DNA from: Octopus vulgaris
Lineage: Eukaryota
DNA length: 64,000 nt
Direction: 5' to 3'
Assembly: GCA_951406725.2 (NCBI GenBank)
Contig: OX597814.1
Span: forward strand, 178,746,001-178,810,000
The position numbers and the translations under genes are program-made. Under the pieces are notes generated by a model. It did no database searches. It was not told the DNA's origin and was given only the letters and a program-made list of their open reading frames with translations. Positions 28,157 through 41,324 of this stretch are shown piece after piece (position 1 is the first letter of the stretch; each line of letters begins with the position of its first letter).

Positions 28157-28622
28157 AGAAAAAAGGAAGAACTAAAAAAGTGAAAATTAATATGAGGAAG
28201 GGTGAGCGAAAAGAATTACAGATCAGAGGGAGAAAACATTTTTTTTTAGATAGCTATCTAATTTGGTTTGTTGTTTCTGCTCTTGGAAAATGATGAATTG
28301 CCGTTATATGTTAGGTTTTTAGAAGATGTGATAATGCGATAAAAGATGAAACTGTGTACTAAAAATATGATTCAATTATTGGATTGAACTTGTTAATTCT
28401 TAGCTTCATATATATTCAAGATAATATCATTGGCAGGGCACGTATGAAGAGTCAATATCAAACAACCGTATTTCGATGATAGAAAGTGAGTAACTTTTTG
28501 ATTCTATACGATATGTTCTATTGCGAGACGGCCTCGAAATCTTGCAATTTTACCATGAAGCCGAGTGGTGAAAAGGTATCCATAAAACGGATATCACATA
28601 TATACTCAGATATATATGGAAG

Positions 28623-28661
<39 letters not shown>

Positions 28662-28884
28662 GTGTGTGTGTGTCTGTGTGTGTCTATGGGAGATTATTAA
28701 TAAGAAAATAATAATAGGATACAGTTTAACACAACACGGCAACCATCATTTTCTCAATAAACAATAGAAAACTAGACACCTAAGTAGGAACAATAAGAGC
28801 AGTAATATGCGCACTAGTTATAAGAATAACCACAATAATAATAACAATAGAAATAATAATATTATTCAAATAAATACTAATAAA

Positions 28885-28929
28885 ATGATAACAACAACAA
28901 CAACAATAATGATCATAATGATGATGATG

Positions 28930-28973
<44 letters not shown>

Positions 28974-28998
28974 TATAATTATAATAATGATAATAATC

Positions 28999-29095
<97 letters not shown>
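28885..29095 (+). repeat. (TAA)n microsatellite upstream of the Dong/R4 insertion
   Basis: Direct reading. Confidence 0.95.
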
Positions 29096-29096
<1 letters not shown>

Positions 29097-29570
29097 TTCA
29101 ATGAGCAGGTCTTTATATTTTCTGAGCTTGTCAAACTCTTTCGCCGATCCCCTATGATCATAATATCTCGGCGAAAGAGTTTGACAAGCTCAGAAAATAT
29201 AAAGACCTGCTCATTGAAATTGAGAAAATGTGGCATCTCAAGGCGGTTACAATACCAGTGATCGTAGGAGCACTAGGAATGATCAAGAAGGGAACCGAAA
29301 ATTATATTTGAATGATCCCTGGCTTACCATCCCTGCAAGAATTGCAAAAAATTGTCTTAACTGGTACTTCACACGAATTGAGAAGATCATTGTCGCTGTG
29401 AGAGCTGTTACTGCCCATGTATTTTAATTTAACCTTAAAAAAGAAAAAAAAAATGAACGAACTATTGAGTTTGGTTTAATGGCCTACCAATGTATACTAT
29501 GAGTTTCTTTGCCATAGGAGTGGGGAAGACGCTCGGCAAGAAATGGAAGCAAATTTGAAAGAAGAAGAAC
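29094..29570 (+). mobile_element. R4/Dong-type retrotransposon 3' fragment (family 1) with an inverted 5' duplication
   Basis: 29147-29570 closely matches 48721-49140; reads DHNISAKEFDKLRKYKDLLIEIEKMWHLKAVTIPVIVGALGMIKKG; (TAA)n on both sides; perfect 54-bp hairpin at the 5' junction. Confidence 0.9.
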
Positions 29571-29626
<56 letters not shown>

Positions 29627-29673
29627 TAATAATAATGATGATGATGATAATGATTATGATGATGATGATGATG

Positions 29674-30456
<783 letters not shown>

Positions 30457-30571
30457 GAGAAATTGCATTAGTAACACAAACAATATCATTAAAAGTATCA
30501 GCAACAGCCACAGCACCAACAATGTAATACTTGAAACTATCCATTATATAGCCCCCACATAGCTATATAGA

Positions 30572-31022
30572 ACCTGTGATTGTAGAATTAGCAGATATTG
30601 TGTATTCAACAATAATTACATTAGAAAGGAAGTAGTTTACAAATGTGTAGTAAGTACACAATCTGGTAATAAGGTAAATGTAGGAGCAACCCAGAAAAAC
30701 TTGAAACAGGCTTAATTACCATAGGTACACCTTTATAAACAGAAATAGTAGAAATTCAACAGGATTGAGCAACTGCATATGGGATCTTAAGAATAAAGGA
30801 ATTGATTATAACCTACACTGGGAGATTTTAACCAAAGCACTAGCGTATAGTACAAAAAATAGAAAATGTATGTTACATGTAAATGAAATTTCCTTCATGA
30901 TGAAAGCCAGCCTTCCACTTGTTAATACTCTTCAGGAGAGAAACGGGTTATGCCTGCATAAAATTAAGCATTCTTTTTCAAAATATCCCGAGCACTTACT
31001 ATTTAACCCCAACTGGCACTAG
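30572..31022 (+). mobile_element. Penelope-like element, GIY-YIG endonuclease fragment (decayed)
   Basis: TCDCRISRYC..EVVYKCVV..NVGATQKNLKQ / YHRYTF..STGLSNCIWDLKNKGIDYNLHWEILTKALAY..KCML..E..LVN..CLHK fits the Cys-rich, VVY..YIG.T..K.R..H, ST.LS..IW.LK layout of Neptune-type PLE endonucleases. Confidence 0.8.
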
Positions 31023-31090
31023 CGTCCCTCCTGTCTCGTATCATATTAACAATATCCGTAGTATTATAAGTAGTGTTATTATTATTATTA

Positions 31091-31155
<65 letters not shown>

Positions 31156-31241
31156 GTGTACATGTATACGCAAGTGCATGCATGTATGGGTGTAGATATG
31201 TATGTGTCTATGTGTGTATATCTATCTATCTATCTATCTAT

Positions 31242-31277
<36 letters not shown>

Positions 31278-32035
31278 GCATGTGTGAGTATGTTTATGTG
31301 TACATGTATATGTGTGTATACATATATATATTTATTTACTTGTCTAAAATTATTTTTTATTTAATTTAATCTTGTTTGAATGTTATTTTGCTCTCCTACT
31401 TGCCGAAAGTGGACACGGATTTTTATTCATTTATTTTTTAATTTATTTATTTACTTATTTATTTATCTCAATTTTGTGTTATCCTTTAACAGTCAACGAA
31501 CCGGAACCACGTCATAGTTTTCCAAATATAGCAGACCAATTAAGTTACAGGACTGATCATAACCACTGCACACAAGGATTCAGGGACTTGATCGAAAAAA
31601 ATAACAAACACAAACACCGTACTTTGGTCAACACCTGGTGCCATACTCTCTTTAGTATCAACTAACATCCTACATATAAACTTCCACCTCTGAAACACGG
31701 ACCATACTTTCAAACCATACTTCCAAACCCACCGCTGTAAACACAAGCATAACGTGTATTTATATGTAAATAAAATAAGAACCACTACCTAAATTTACCC
31801 TTCCTAAAAAATTCATCCTTAGAACGAATATTCCTACCTATCCACCACTGGACAAAATAACATAAATCTTGGAATATGACTTATTTCTCTTTCCTATATC
31901 TAATCCATTTTACTAAATTTTGCTCCTCTCACACTGTCTTGCTCTTATTCTTCTTATGTCCTCTTCAATAAGAAAAATATACTGTACCTATTAAAAACTG
32001 ACTCTTGTATATATCGGTTCTCCTAACCATTTAGA

Positions 32036-32160
32036 CACTCTGATGAAGCCTAGAGGCACACTCAATATCCAAACTCTATCTACCCATCCCTGCAGAACAC
32101 TGAAGAGATGGAGCTAGCATGGAGAATTTCGTGGCTTCTTCGCAGAAACGGCCGTAAGAA
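32036..32160 (+). ncRNA. Candidate hammerhead motif with extended helix II in the putative PLE 3' repeat
   Basis: CTGATGA at 32040-32046; GAAA-cggcc-GTA at 32145-32156 (palindrome ACGGCCGT); helix I only ~2 bp. Confidence 0.35.
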
Positions 32161-32494
32161 ACTGATCTTATAAACTTCTACTCTTTTATGTATTACTAGC
32201 ATGTATTTGTGTAGCACACAGTCTATGCATGTGTATGTATTCTCATAATACTCCCTTTTGTTTTGGAATAAATAGACATAATAGTATGTCTACCGGCTGA
32301 TGTATGTAATTTTTGTATCCACTCCATTTTCTTTTTGCCGCATACATTAAGGGTAAACCACTTTTTACCCCAACTCGATTGCGAAATTGCCACGCAAGAA
32401 ACAGCACTTCAGTATTAACAAGTGGTCACACTACCAGCGGTATATTGGATAGGTACTGTCCCTCAGTTGGTTGGCTTTCCAGCCTCTAACTCTC

Positions 32495-32611
<117 letters not shown>

Positions 32612-33149
32612 TTGAGGCATATATGTATATATGTATGTGTATGAATATATGTATATATATATATATATCTGTGTGTGTGTGCGCTCGCGCATGTGTAAAC
32701 TTATGTGTGTATATTTGGGACTGAACGTAAATCTATATCTATTTTTGTATTTCAGTGCTTCAATGTACGGTTTTATTTAATCAGGGTATTTTTCAGTAAG
32801 TATATTCTTTCACGAAAACCTTTGCATGAATATCTCTTTGCTCTTCTACCCGATAAACACGTTTATGTCTCAGTTCCATTACTATTCTATTTCTATGTAT
32901 CCGATATGATACACGATTATTTTATTTCAAATATAAAGTAGTTTCTTTCGTTTACACTTTTCAGATTCTCATTCATTCTCATTTCTTCCGTCAGGTGCTC
33001 AATTTATATCCCATGGTACATATATTTCTTTACTATTATTTCTTCTCCATCCAGAATCCTTTTGTCTTACTATCTGCATCTGCATTACATTATATTACTA
33101 CAGCCTTTCTCTTCGCACCCACTCAAAAATGTCGATGCAGTATTAGATA

Positions 33150-33342
33150 TTCTTTTCAAATTTTGGTACAATGCCAGTAATTTTAGAGGAGGCGGTAAAT
33201 TGATTAGAGCGGCCTCAAATCTTACCACAAAGTTAAGAACAAAGCTGACAGAAGCAGAATAGGAACACAGAACTTTGCTAAACGGACAGAATGTTGCTAA
33301 ACGTTTAGCCCGTTCTGCTGATGATTCTACCAGCTCGCCACC
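33150..33342 (-). mobile_element. Old SINE family A copy
   Basis: Ends in gattctaccagctcgccacc, the reverse complement of the family-A head; body decayed. Confidence 0.55.
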
Positions 33343-33526
33343 GTAATGTAATATTTGATTTCGGAAGAACATTTACCGCACAACCACAAATATACACCCA
33401 CAAAGCAATACTATTTTAGTTTCAATGTTTGGCAACTCGAGAAATAATATCAAATTTATCAAAAATAAAATTGGGCCAAGAAAACGAACTTCAAAGTTAC
33501 ACACACACACACGCACAAACGCACTG

Positions 33527-33557
<31 letters not shown>

Positions 33558-34128
33558 TATATCGACCATGGGTAAATATTTTTCTTCACTCTCAGACCTA
33601 TATTTGATTACTTTACTCTGGACAAGTATTATTTTTGAACTTGTCATCTCCCGAATATATATATATGCAAATGATTTTCCTTCAGCGTTTAGCCAAATGT
33701 AGTTTCCCCTATTGTTTTTTATCTCTGCTTATTTGCACCGCTTTCTCTTATTCGCCTTCCACCCAGCTTTATGATTTTCAATGTGCTTTGCATTTGCCAC
33801 ATATGCCCCAGATTTTTCGATAATTGCACTCTACGCAGAATACACTCACTCCCCAAAAAACACTTACTTCACATACCCTCCTAAACATGCACATGCCACT
33901 CCCGCTTCTTCTCCCGTCGTTTGTACTCTGTGTAAGTTGGACATATTAATATAAATATCTATAAATATATACTTTAAAAATCATCATCTCAGTCTGTAAA
34001 TGTTGTTTTCGTTTTTCGTGTATACATATATACATATTTTAGGTATTTTGTATTTCATACCCAAACTATTATATTTAATACATCTAATATGTTGTTTATA
34101 TATATGTAATGTATCTACAGCACGGATT

Positions 34129-34179
34129 TTTGTCAGTGAAAAGGGCGCGGTCTTAAAGCGACGAAAATATTTTGACAAA
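34129..34179 (+). ncRNA. Minimal hammerhead-like motif with variant core
   Basis: tttgtca-GTGAAAA-gggcgcggtcttaaagcgac-GAAA-atat-TT-tgacaaa; perfect 7-bp helix I, palindromic helix III (AATATT); inside a short element bounded by (TA)-rich sequence. Confidence 0.5.
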
Positions 34180-34288
34180 TTAAACTTAAATGTTAAAGTG
34201 AATCGAACGGCTTTTGTGTGTTTCTTAAATGGCTTACAAACACCTTCCACGCTGCAATTGTCTGATATATATCATTTTTGTTTATAAT

Positions 34289-34327
<39 letters not shown>

Positions 34328-34671
34328 ATGTATATGCATATATATAACCCAAGAAACAAGGAAGCCCTCAACTTTCATCAATAAATATCCTGCACAACTC
34401 AATATGAAGGCAAAGCACAATACAGGACACTACTAATCTTGCAATTAATACCACTATACCCCATACATCCTATACACCATTCATATTATAGAATTATATC
34501 TACCCTAATTGCACCAAATCCAGAACTACTTACCTCCTTTACACATAAACGTTTTACACAAGGACTAGTAAACACGACATCGTTCGTTAATCGGTGCGCA
34601 TTCAAACCAGTGAACATTAATTTTACGAAACCGGTGTGCCTTTGAATCGCTTTAACAATTCACAATAATGA

Positions 34672-34716
<45 letters not shown>

Positions 34717-34993
34717 CGACACAAACACACACAGACACACACACACGCACACACACACGTCTACATAACGGCCTGCTAACAACACTGCCTGTGTATATAT
34801 AAACTGTGGGTGTTGGGGTATGACACTTTATACACTTGTATATTTTCTTTTAGTACAGGGAATGTTTCACTAATAATGAAGTACTCTCGTACTTGTCTGA
34901 GTGTTGTGTCCTTCGGGTGCTTGGATAAAAAGGGGAAGTCAAGTTGACCCAGTGTGCCACCATATTGGTCTTTGGTATTTTTTGTTATACGCT

Positions 34994-35152
34994 AAGTGAA
35001 ACAATGGTGTTGTTAAAGGGCTAACGTTTTAAAACCGGTTCCTAATGTTTTCTTCTGAGTAGATCACAAACAGGAAGACCGCGTGTACACATTTATAAAT
35101 ACGCACGGAAATTACAAGCATCAACATGGAGTCAAATCATCCTGTAAAGGCT

Positions 35153-35184
<32 letters not shown>

Positions 35185-35279
35185 CAGATAGATAGATAGA
35201 CAGTCAAATATATACATCTGTATGTATATATGTATATAGGTGTATATATGCACATATATGTAATATATCTATCTATCTG

Positions 35280-35336
<57 letters not shown>

Positions 35337-35799
35337 ATATATATATATATATATATATACACGCTTTACTCTTTTACTCTTTTACTCTTTTGCTTGATTC
35401 AGTCCTTTGACTGCGGCCATGCGGGAGCACCGTCTTTAATCGAGGAACTCGACCCCGGGACTTATTCTTTGTAAGCCCAGTACTTATTATATCGGTCTCT
35501 TTTGCCGAACCGCTAAGTGACGGGGACGCAAACACACCAACATCGATTGTCGAGCAATGCTAGGGGGACAAACACACACACACAAACACACACACATACA
35601 CACATATATATATATATATATATATACATATATATACGACGGGCTTCTTTCAGTTTCCGTCTACCAAATCCACTCACAAGGCATTGGTCGGCCCGGGGCT
35701 ATAGCAGAAGACACTTGCCCAAGATGCCACGCTGTGGGACTGAACCCGGAACCATGTGGTTGGTTAGCAAGCTACTTACCACGCACCCACTCCTGCGCC

Positions 35800-35864
<65 letters not shown>

Positions 35865-37616
35865 AGAGAGAGAGAAAAGCATGTCCCAATCATCAGGTAA
35901 AGTCGTCCTACTTATAATCACGATAAGATATAGAATTAAGGTGTAGAGAGAAACATGGTGCAGTTTGAGAGAGGAACAGAAGAAATAAGAAATGAAAAGA
36001 GCAAATATTGAGACATTTAGATTGGGAGGAATTAGCAGATTACGAATGGAATATAGGCAGATATTGAAAAGATCAACGAGAGAGGATCCATCTCTAGGTA
36101 ATATGAGGTAAACGTAAGAGAAAATGGTAGTCAGAATGTGCAAGGAGATGAAAAAAGGAGAAAGGAGCGAGAAGAACTAGACAGAGAGATATACATAGAG
36201 AAAGCAAAACTTAACGGACAAAAGAACAAGTAGATAGAGAGAAAAGATGAGAATGACATCAGTGAAAGGTTTGTAAGTGTAGCTAAGAAGAAATCGTTGG
36301 AAAGTAAAACAAGGAATCAAGAGTGGGAGAAGGAAGTACAGAGAAGAAATGAAACGTGTACATGGTTGGGACAAGTAAACAATGTTAAGTGGAAGAGAAG
36401 GGGGGATTTTAAGGAAGGCAGGAAAGAATAACAAGTTGAACACTGACATAAAAATAGGAAGAAGTACATGTAAAAATATAAAATTTTAGAACTTTTGCGA
36501 TAGAACACACTCTAAAATTAATTAAGACAATTTAAATCATTTTAAATAATTAAACAATTAAAATGAAAAATAAAATTATAAGAATTTATAGTCGTTTCGA
36601 ATAATTACAAGATTATAAAATGCTCTTTAAAATGGTTGCTAGCGAGAGTGTAGGAGCTGGTAGGATGAGGATGATGAGTGTAGCAGAAGAAAGCTCTAAG
36701 AAGGCGGAGTAAAAATTTTGTATTGAAGAACGGGAAATGTAGGTTTGGTGTTGGGTAGATAATGCAGAGAGACGACAGTTGACTAGATACCTGTAAATAA
36801 TAATAACAAAAGTATTAGGAAAAAATTAATTATAAAACGTATAGTAAAGGGGTAAATGAAGAGTTTGTTAAATCATTACAATCATTAAAACGGTTTAGAA
36901 TATGAAGGATAATTAAGATAAGGTAGTTCAAATTAATATACAAATTCCAAGAAAAGTGTTTAAGTATGTTTTAGAAATTAATTCAAGATAATGTGATTAA
37001 ATGTTAATATTAAAAAAGATCTTTCCGAAGTGGGATGAGAGGTCATTGCAGTTACAAAAGCTGAGAATAATTAGGCTCACCGTGGTATAAATTATGACTA
37101 ATAACAAAAGGAATTGGTATGTAATAGCTATAATTGTGGATAGTAACACTGCATATAATCAAACATTTAACTGCATGTGAGTGTGAACAAGGAAAGAAGC
37201 ACAGCTAAGTTGGTACGAGGCGTAAATGGGGGAGGCGCGAAGAAGAGGACAGATTGTTAATTGGAAATCGTATATCATCAGCTTACAAAGGTCATGTTAC
37301 ACATCCAGGCAAGACAAAATTTTATAAGCAAGAAGTGTATGACAAATCAGGGAAAATGTAAAAGTAAAAGATGAACAATTATGTGGTCTGAAGATGAGTA
37401 TTGACTGTTGGGAAAAGCTTCAAATACTTGCAAACAAGAAAGAGGGTTTTACTCTAAATGAGGCAACGGTCTAGTAAAATGGCGAATGTTGTAAAAGCGG
37501 TACCCGATGCTTTATTCTAAGTAGATGTCAAAGAGGAAGACCGCGTGGACACATTTATCAATGCCCACAAAAATTACAAGCATCAGTATGGAGTGAAAGC
37601 ATCCTGTAAAGGCTTA
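34994..37616. repeat. Diverged ~160-bp direct repeats (34994-35154 and 37456-37616) bracketing a purine-rich interior; possible decayed PLE
   Basis: Both repeats share aggaagaccgcgtg.acacatttat..aattacaagcatca..atggagt..catcctgtaaaggctta and are followed by (GATA)n. Confidence 0.55.
35365..35802 (-). mobile_element. SINE family B, full length
   Basis: Matches the other family-B copies; (TACTCTTT)n tail unit on +; inserted in (TA)n. Confidence 0.88.
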
Positions 37617-37623
37617 TATATAT

Positions 37624-37679
<56 letters not shown>

Positions 37680-37684
37680 TGAGA

Positions 37685-37715
<31 letters not shown>

Positions 37716-37761
37716 GGAAAAAAGTCAAGATAGAAAATGCTAAAATAATTTTATAAAAAAT

Positions 37762-37805
37762 ATTTCAGCACCGGTTTCAGTCATTGAGACTATTTCAACT
37801 GTAAC
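37762..37805 (-). ncRNA. Minimal hammerhead-like motif with U3-A8-type core (decayed)
   Basis: Minus strand: gttacag-TTGAAAT-agtc-tcaat-gact-GAAA-ccg-GTG-ctgaaat; helix II agtc/gact, helix III palindrome ACCGGT, helix I 6 of 7 paired; ~50 nt from a (TA)n tract. Confidence 0.5.
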
Positions 37806-37967
37806 AATTAAACAATTAAATTTAGAAAAATTAAAAGAAAAGTTGTTTTTTTTAAAAAGTCTATTTGTATAGTGTTCAAATACAAGTGGTATTTTCCTTG
37901 TTTTTGCCTGTTTCTGTCTCTCTTGTTTACTCTTGTGGGTTCGGGGTTGTTGTGAATTATCGGTAGG

Positions 37968-38085
37968 GAAGAAGAAGAAGAAGAAGAAGAAGAAGAAGAA
38001 GAAGAAGAAGAAAAAGAAGAAGAAGAAGAAGAAGAAGAAGAAGAAGAAGAAGAAGAAAAAGAAGAAGAAGAAGAAAAAAAAAGAA
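37968..38085 (+). repeat. (GAA)n microsatellite
   Basis: Direct reading. Confidence 0.95.
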
Positions 38086-39523
38086 AAATGTGGGAGTGCC
38101 ATGACAGTAGTATGTTGAATGGTCAGCTGAGTTGCTGCCCCTAAAATGACCCACAGTTGATGGTAGCAGTCGCTGTTCAATTCATGAAAATATTTCTTTT
38201 GAATGTTTTGCTTATAAAATTTGCGTAGGTGTTATTCTAAACAGCATATATATATATATATATATATATATACGTGCATATGTATATATATATATATATT
38301 CATGGGTGACCATTGGTTTGGCACCTATAAAGCGTTTAGCATTATAGGCTACTTGACAGAGAAATATTGCCATAGTTTACTTCTACGCTTCACTACCGCA
38401 AAATAGGTTGTTTTATAGTGCATGGTTAGAGTCGACCAATTCAAGAAACTACAGATAGCACTTAGGTTATTGGTATTCTTAGAGAAAAATAAATTTATCA
38501 GAATTTGAACATTATACAATGTTTTAACGACGAACTTACCACAAGGTACTCTGTAAGAAATTCTCTCTCATATTTTTGTTGCATCGCTTTTATAATACAT
38601 TTTTATTTAAAAATGTAGATCTGTCCTTCTATTTTTTTTATTACGTAAAGAACGGATCAATTGTTCTTTAAACTGCTGTTATTAAATCAATAACTGAGAA
38701 ACAAAATTGAAGGAAAACAAACAGGGCGTCGTTTTCTTTAAAATAAATAAACATATTCAACGATATTAGAATAACAACTGAAATAACATTAGGATGATGA
38801 AAATAATAGCACAAAACACATAAGCAACAACATCATATATATGACATAAAAATTCACAACGACAAAAAAAGATGATAATAATTGATATTAATAAAAATAA
38901 ACTATACAATATGAAAGTATTAGAATCAATCATAAATAATTTATTAAGATTAAGAAATATTTCCTTTAAAAAATACGGAAAAAAATTATAATTCAATAAA
39001 AATCTCATGAGATGAATCTTAACATGTTACTGTATGCAGCAAGCTGCATTTGTCATGAATACATATTGCTGATAAAAACAGATCCCCGTTACTTTAAAAA
39101 CAGTTTCGAAACGTTCAATATCTATTAATCTCCAGTATAACGTAGTTGTAATAGAAGAAGAGAGTTGTAAAAGAGGGGATATGAGATGAAAATATAACAA
39201 CAGACAGAAAAACAGGACAAAGCAAAGTTGTTTTGAATATATATCTTCCGTATTGAAGTTACACAAACATCTCTGGCTTGAACGATATTTTCTTTAAGAC
39301 TAAGCACAACTGCTTTATTCTCTTTTTACTTGTAGATAGATTGTTGTCGTTTCTGATATCATTGTTATTACTATTATAGGATTATTTATCAACAATAATA
39401 ACACCAAATGCATTTATCAAGTAATTTTTTAATGAAGTAATTAGAAACGTAAACATTTATTTCAGACATATTGAAAGGTTTTTGAAGGCATTCAAGATAT
39501 AGCTGGTATGATAATGATATATT

Positions 39524-39758
39524 TAAGGCGGCGAGATGGCAGAAACCTCAGCGCGCCGGGCGAAATGCTTAACGGTATTTCGTTTGCCGCTACGTTCTGA
39601 GATCAAATTCCGCCGAGGTCGACTTTGCCTTTCATACTTTCACGGTCGATTAAATAAGTACCAGTTACACACTCGCGTCGATATAATCGACTTAATCCGT
39701 TTGTCTGTCCTTGTTTGTCCTCTCTGTGTTTAGCCCCTTGTGGGTAGTAAAGATATAA
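39524..39758 (+). mobile_element. SINE family A1, full length
   Basis: Perfect 18-bp TSD gtatgataatgatatatt (39506-39523 / 39759-39776). Confidence 0.9.
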
Positions 39759-39909
39759 GTATGATAATGATATATTGGTGTATCATGATAGAGGGTTAGA
39801 AAATTGGTTATCGACTCCTGAAGGTATGCAATGTTAACAACGAATGTAGCAATACTCTCTGACATGAGAGAAAATACTGTAAGGAGTTGATAGACATTTT
39901 GTAGCGTTT

Positions 39910-41204
39910 TGCGAGGGTCAGCTGAAAGATTCATAGGCTGACCCATATAAACACATGGAATGCGGCCAAATGAGGTTTTATTTTTTCAGCACGGTCTAGG
40001 GTGTCTTTCCATCGGTGTTCCAGTACTTGGATAACATTGATGAAGAAGACTTTATCTTATTGGTCCCCAAAGTCATCAACAACACATAAAAAGGTTATTA
40101 TCACTGCGATACTTGTTCTCAGCTAAGTAGTTTTCCATAGTGAGGATAGATGATAGTCAGATGGGACTAAAGCAGAAGAATAGGGACCTAGTTCAAAAGC
40201 ATAGTCACGCACAGCAGCCATTGAAACGAAGGACTTGTGTGCTGGAGCTGAAGCATTGTCCTGTTGAAGCAAGTCCCATTTCGTCAGTTATCCTGGGCGT
40301 TTGGTTTAGATAGACGTTTGTTTCTGCCTCAGCAAGCTGGCATTGTGGGCGTGGCCCTTTGGAAGATAATCAAGAAGCACAATGCTTTTTATATTCCAAA
40401 ACCCTGAGGCCATTACGTGCCATGTAGATGAAGCGACCGTGGCTTTCCTTCAAGCGGGTGAGGAAAGGTGTTTCCACTGCATGGATTATGTTTTTGTCTC
40501 TGGCTCAAAGTGATGAACTGTGCACACATCTTTCATGAGGAAACATTCAAGGAAATCAGCTGCATCTGACTCAAAAGATGTCAGAATTTCTCTTGATGTG
40601 ACCATCCTGCTGCGCTTTTTATCAGTTGTCAGAAGTCGTGGAACATACCGAACAGAAACTTTTTATCATACCAAATTTATTGTGCAGAATATTCTCAACT
40701 CCCACAAGAGATGTGCTAATAGCATTGACTATTTGATTTATTGTCTTTCATCTGTCTTCCACCAGCATGTGGTGAACACGTTCAATGTTTTCATAGGTGG
40801 TTACAGTTGCATTACACCCAGACCATAGGTCATATTCAAGACATTGTCTTCCCCTTTTAAATTTAGTTGCCCGCTTTTACACTGTTGGTAGAGTTGGGGC
40901 GTTATCCCCTAATGTAGAAAATATTGTAGCATGGTTGCTACATTAAGAAATAATGAAGTCCTTGAAGGATAAGCCGTTTTTCTACAAGTACTTAATAACA
41001 CGACGATGCCTCATTCTCTCTACGTTCAAGAGATGTATCTACCACTTACATTTGAAGTCTTTTGTGAAATGTCATTCTCAGTTCACCTGGAAACAAACAA
41101 CGGATTTGTTAATGAGAAGAATTGAAATGAATGTCTGCAACATTTCACTTTTCTGGCGTTTCTCCTTTATAGTTAGCCTATGAACATTTTAGCTCACTTT
41201 CTTA
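39910..41204 (-). mobile_element. Tc1/mariner DNA transposon, full length but decayed (transposase pseudogene)
   Basis: Minus strand reads HRRVIKYL..TLGDNAP..FKRGR..ENIERVH..VENILHNKFGM..RYVPRLLT..HHFEPETK..SMQWKH..QDNA..PAHKS..PYS..PSDY with stops; imperfect terminal inverted repeats (TIRs) at 39912-39942 and 41172-41204; ~1.3 kb. Confidence 0.88.
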
Positions 41205-41324
41205 TATTTAAAAATAGAAAACTAAGTACTTTTATACAGCGATAAGAATCGCTACAAAAAGTGTTCTAGCATACAAAATTTACTATAAACAAGGACCAAT
41301 GACAACGACTACGTTTAATGTATT

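Noticed and set aside
37385-37440. CTGAAGA followed by a tgagtatt/aatacttg stem
   Set aside because: Followed by CAAA rather than GAAA, with no helix III, NUH triplet or helix I.
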